Assembly: GCA_051362555.1 (NCBI GenBank)
Contig: CM120648.1
Span: 8,986,587-9,050,586 of the forward strand
Direction of reading: 5' to 3'
DNA length: 64,000 nt
Source: Lingula anatina
Lineage: Eukaryota; Animalia; Brachiopoda
The notes under the pieces are model-generated. The model was not told where the DNA came from and ran no database searches. It was given only the letters and a program-made list of their open reading frames with translations. The position numbers and the translations under genes are program-made. Below are positions 61,901-64,000 of the stretch, in pieces (within the stretch, counting starts at the first letter, position 1; every line of letters starts with the position of its first letter).

Positions 61901-63558
61901 AGGCCTACCCAACTACCAGACTCGGCACCGAATGATCCTGGGCTCGGAATCTCGAAAGGTTCGCTATGTTGCGCACACGCTCTAGCATGGCTAGCGTGCG
62001 CTATCCCGTATCTCGAAAGAATCGCTATTTTGAGCGCCTGCGCTAGCATGGCTAGCGTGCGCTATCCCGTATCTCGAAAGCTTCGCAAATCCCGGCCGTG
62101 CGCTAATGTCCAAATCGCCATTAGTTTCGAGGCTATTATTTGCGGCGATACAAACTAGTCGCAAAGGCCTCTGCGAATGCAAAATTCGTCATTTTGATGT
62201 GTCTTATATGTAATTAAACATGGTGGCAAGTTTGGGTTGCTAGTCATAATAGCATATAATAAAACATATAACAAAAACATGGAAGCTTTTAATTGATTGA
62301 ATCACTGGTACCTCTGATAGAAAAACTTGCGGTAAATATTCAAGTGAAGAATGCCAAAGTCATGTTTTATTATGCAGAAAATTTCAAAATTAAACATTTC
62401 ATACATCATTTTATATTTTCTGGTGCATTTCATTCATCTGTGTAGTCTATTGATAATAATAATAAATTTAAAAGTGTCATTTTCCACACAAAATGAAAAA
62501 GCAGAAACAAAGCATTCGGTCGCACCGTCACCTTCCTCAATGTCTATTATTGTGAGACTGAACACTACTCACCAGTGTGTCAGTAATTGTGTCAGTCCAA
62601 GCTTCGCTTATTGAATTGTTTTTTGACATTTTATTGGTGTCAAATACTTTAAATATCAGTATTTGTTATTATGATATTCCTATAAATTAAAACAACCTCT
62701 TGATTTGCGTCATGGTGAAAAAAATTGCATTTTGTGTAATTGTGTTATGACGTCTTCACTTTATGCGGCAATCGAATTTTAGTAGAGTTTGGGGTTATAA
62801 TTGCGTTGCGTCTGCTAAGGCTTCGAGATAGCAGGTGGGTGCAATCGTACTAGCAAATAGCGCACGCTAGCTATGCTATAGCGCGTGCGCAACATAGCGA
62901 ACCTTTCGAGATTCCGAGCCCTGATCATCGGTAGATCAGACCACACTACCCGTTTTCAAGGTGTGAGTCAGTACGCATTATACAGTATCATACCCTGAAC
63001 AAATTTTGAGTGGTGATGCAATGCTTTTACAACCCCGCTGAGAATCGTCACTATCACATCGCGTACTAGGCAAGAGCGGTGTCGCGTCTGATACTGTGAA
63101 ATGCGTACTGATACAGAGCTTGAAAACGGGTAGTGTGGTCCGATTTACCGGTGAATTCAGGATCATTCGGTGCCGAGTCTGGTAGTTGGGTAGGCCTGTA
63201 GTAAGGCATGCAGCCAGCTTTTTCAAAAGTTTCGTTTTCGGAAAAAAGGGGATCCCTGTACCCAATTTGACCCAATTTGGGAAATGGCATAGAAACTAGA
63301 ACAAAAGTTGATCCAGAACGTTGTCGATGTTTAAGAAGTTGAATGAAGTGTCGATTATACACAGGCCTACCCAACTACCAGATGTGATAGTGACGATTCT
63401 CAGCGGGGTTGAAAAGCATTGCATCACCACTCAAAATTTGTTCGGGGTATGATACTGTGAAATGCGCACTGACTCACACCTTGAAAACGGGTAGTGTGGT
63501 CCGATCTACCGGTAAATTTGGGATCATTCGGTGCCGAGTCTGGTAGGTGGGTAGGCCT
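61901..63558. repeat. Cluster of AGGCCTACCCAACTACCAGACTCGGCAC repeat copies in both orientations (also at 394-~490)
   Basis: Copies at 61901-61940 + 62924-~63060 (split by the transposon), ~63090-63197 (minus) and ~63362-63558. Confidence 0.7.
61941..62920. mobile_element. ~980-bp non-autonomous DNA transposon with long TIRs and CTG TSD (Harbinger-like); short relative ~20709-20860, internal-part relative ~11400-12300
   Basis: GGCTCGGAATCTCGAAAGGTTCGCTATGTTGCGCAC / GTGCGCAACATAGCGAACCTTTCGAGATTCCGAGCC; CTG at 61938-61940 and 62921-62923. Confidence 0.85.
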
Positions 63559-63806
63559 GACACAACAGAGCTGAATTTTTCAAAGATGGACTGTCCACTT
63601 GCCCATGCCTTTTCCGAACCTGCTTCGGAAGTTTTCGTTTTGCCTCGATAAACCATTCATCCCATCTGCATGCATATTTCTTTACTTATCGTTTACACGT
63701 TTTCTAACACAAAAAGGTCATTTTTATCAACTTTTTGTTTCGACTTGTTTTATTCACAATGCATTCACAAGGCAATTTGAGTCACGCCCCACGTATCTCT
63801 TTCCAG

Positions 63807-64000
63807 ATTTTTCTGGTCATTGCCCGGCATCCTGGATAGAAATACGAGGGCGTTGTCTGCTACCCTCTGAGAACGAAGTCAGTTACGAAAAGGCACGAAC
63901 CGAGTGCGCGTCACGCCATGAGCGGGGATCTTTAGCTACAGCAAGCAACAAAATACTTTATAAGGACTTGACGAAGCGACTTGTCTATCCGCTTACAGGA
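63807..64000 (+). CDS. Gene C exon 4 (partial): C-type lectin-like domain N-terminus
   Basis: After a CTCTTTCCAG acceptor, phase 1: DFSGHCPASWIEIRGRCLLPSENEVSYEKARTECASRHERGSLAT (CP..W....RC / A...C......LA pattern). Open to the end of the window. Confidence 0.75.

Overview
AT-rich, intron- and repeat-rich animal genomic DNA, probably from a marine invertebrate (taxon inferred, not provable from sequence). No prokaryotic features, rRNA, tRNA or CRISPR arrays are evident. From left to right: (1) a near-intact, very young BEL/Pao LTR retrotransposon (1702-7852; LTRs identical by eye; AATAG target-site duplication) nested in a degenerate Crypton/DUF3504-like element. (2) Gene A (9511-27734, +), whose 12 phase-compatible exons I can join into a 568-aa type-I membrane protein: signal peptide, TNF-receptor cysteine-rich domains, three L1/neuroglian-like Ig domains, and an NCAM/fasciclin-II-like TM and tail. 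It looks like a chimera made by partial duplication of its neighbour. (3) Gene B (36914-42195, +), a TNFR-superfamily death receptor with a candidate HSE + NF-kB + TATA promoter and a perfect 80-nt inverted copy of its TM-exon 5' end inside intron 7. (4) Gene C (46405->64000, +), a secreted VWA + C-type-lectin protein whose 14-kb intron holds two tandem antisense class-A GPCR genes with long Cys-rich N-termini, one frameshifted. A Penelope-like fragment and many MITE/Helentron-like repeats fill the introns. All gene models were built by hand from splice signals and reading-frame continuity and need RNA evidence.
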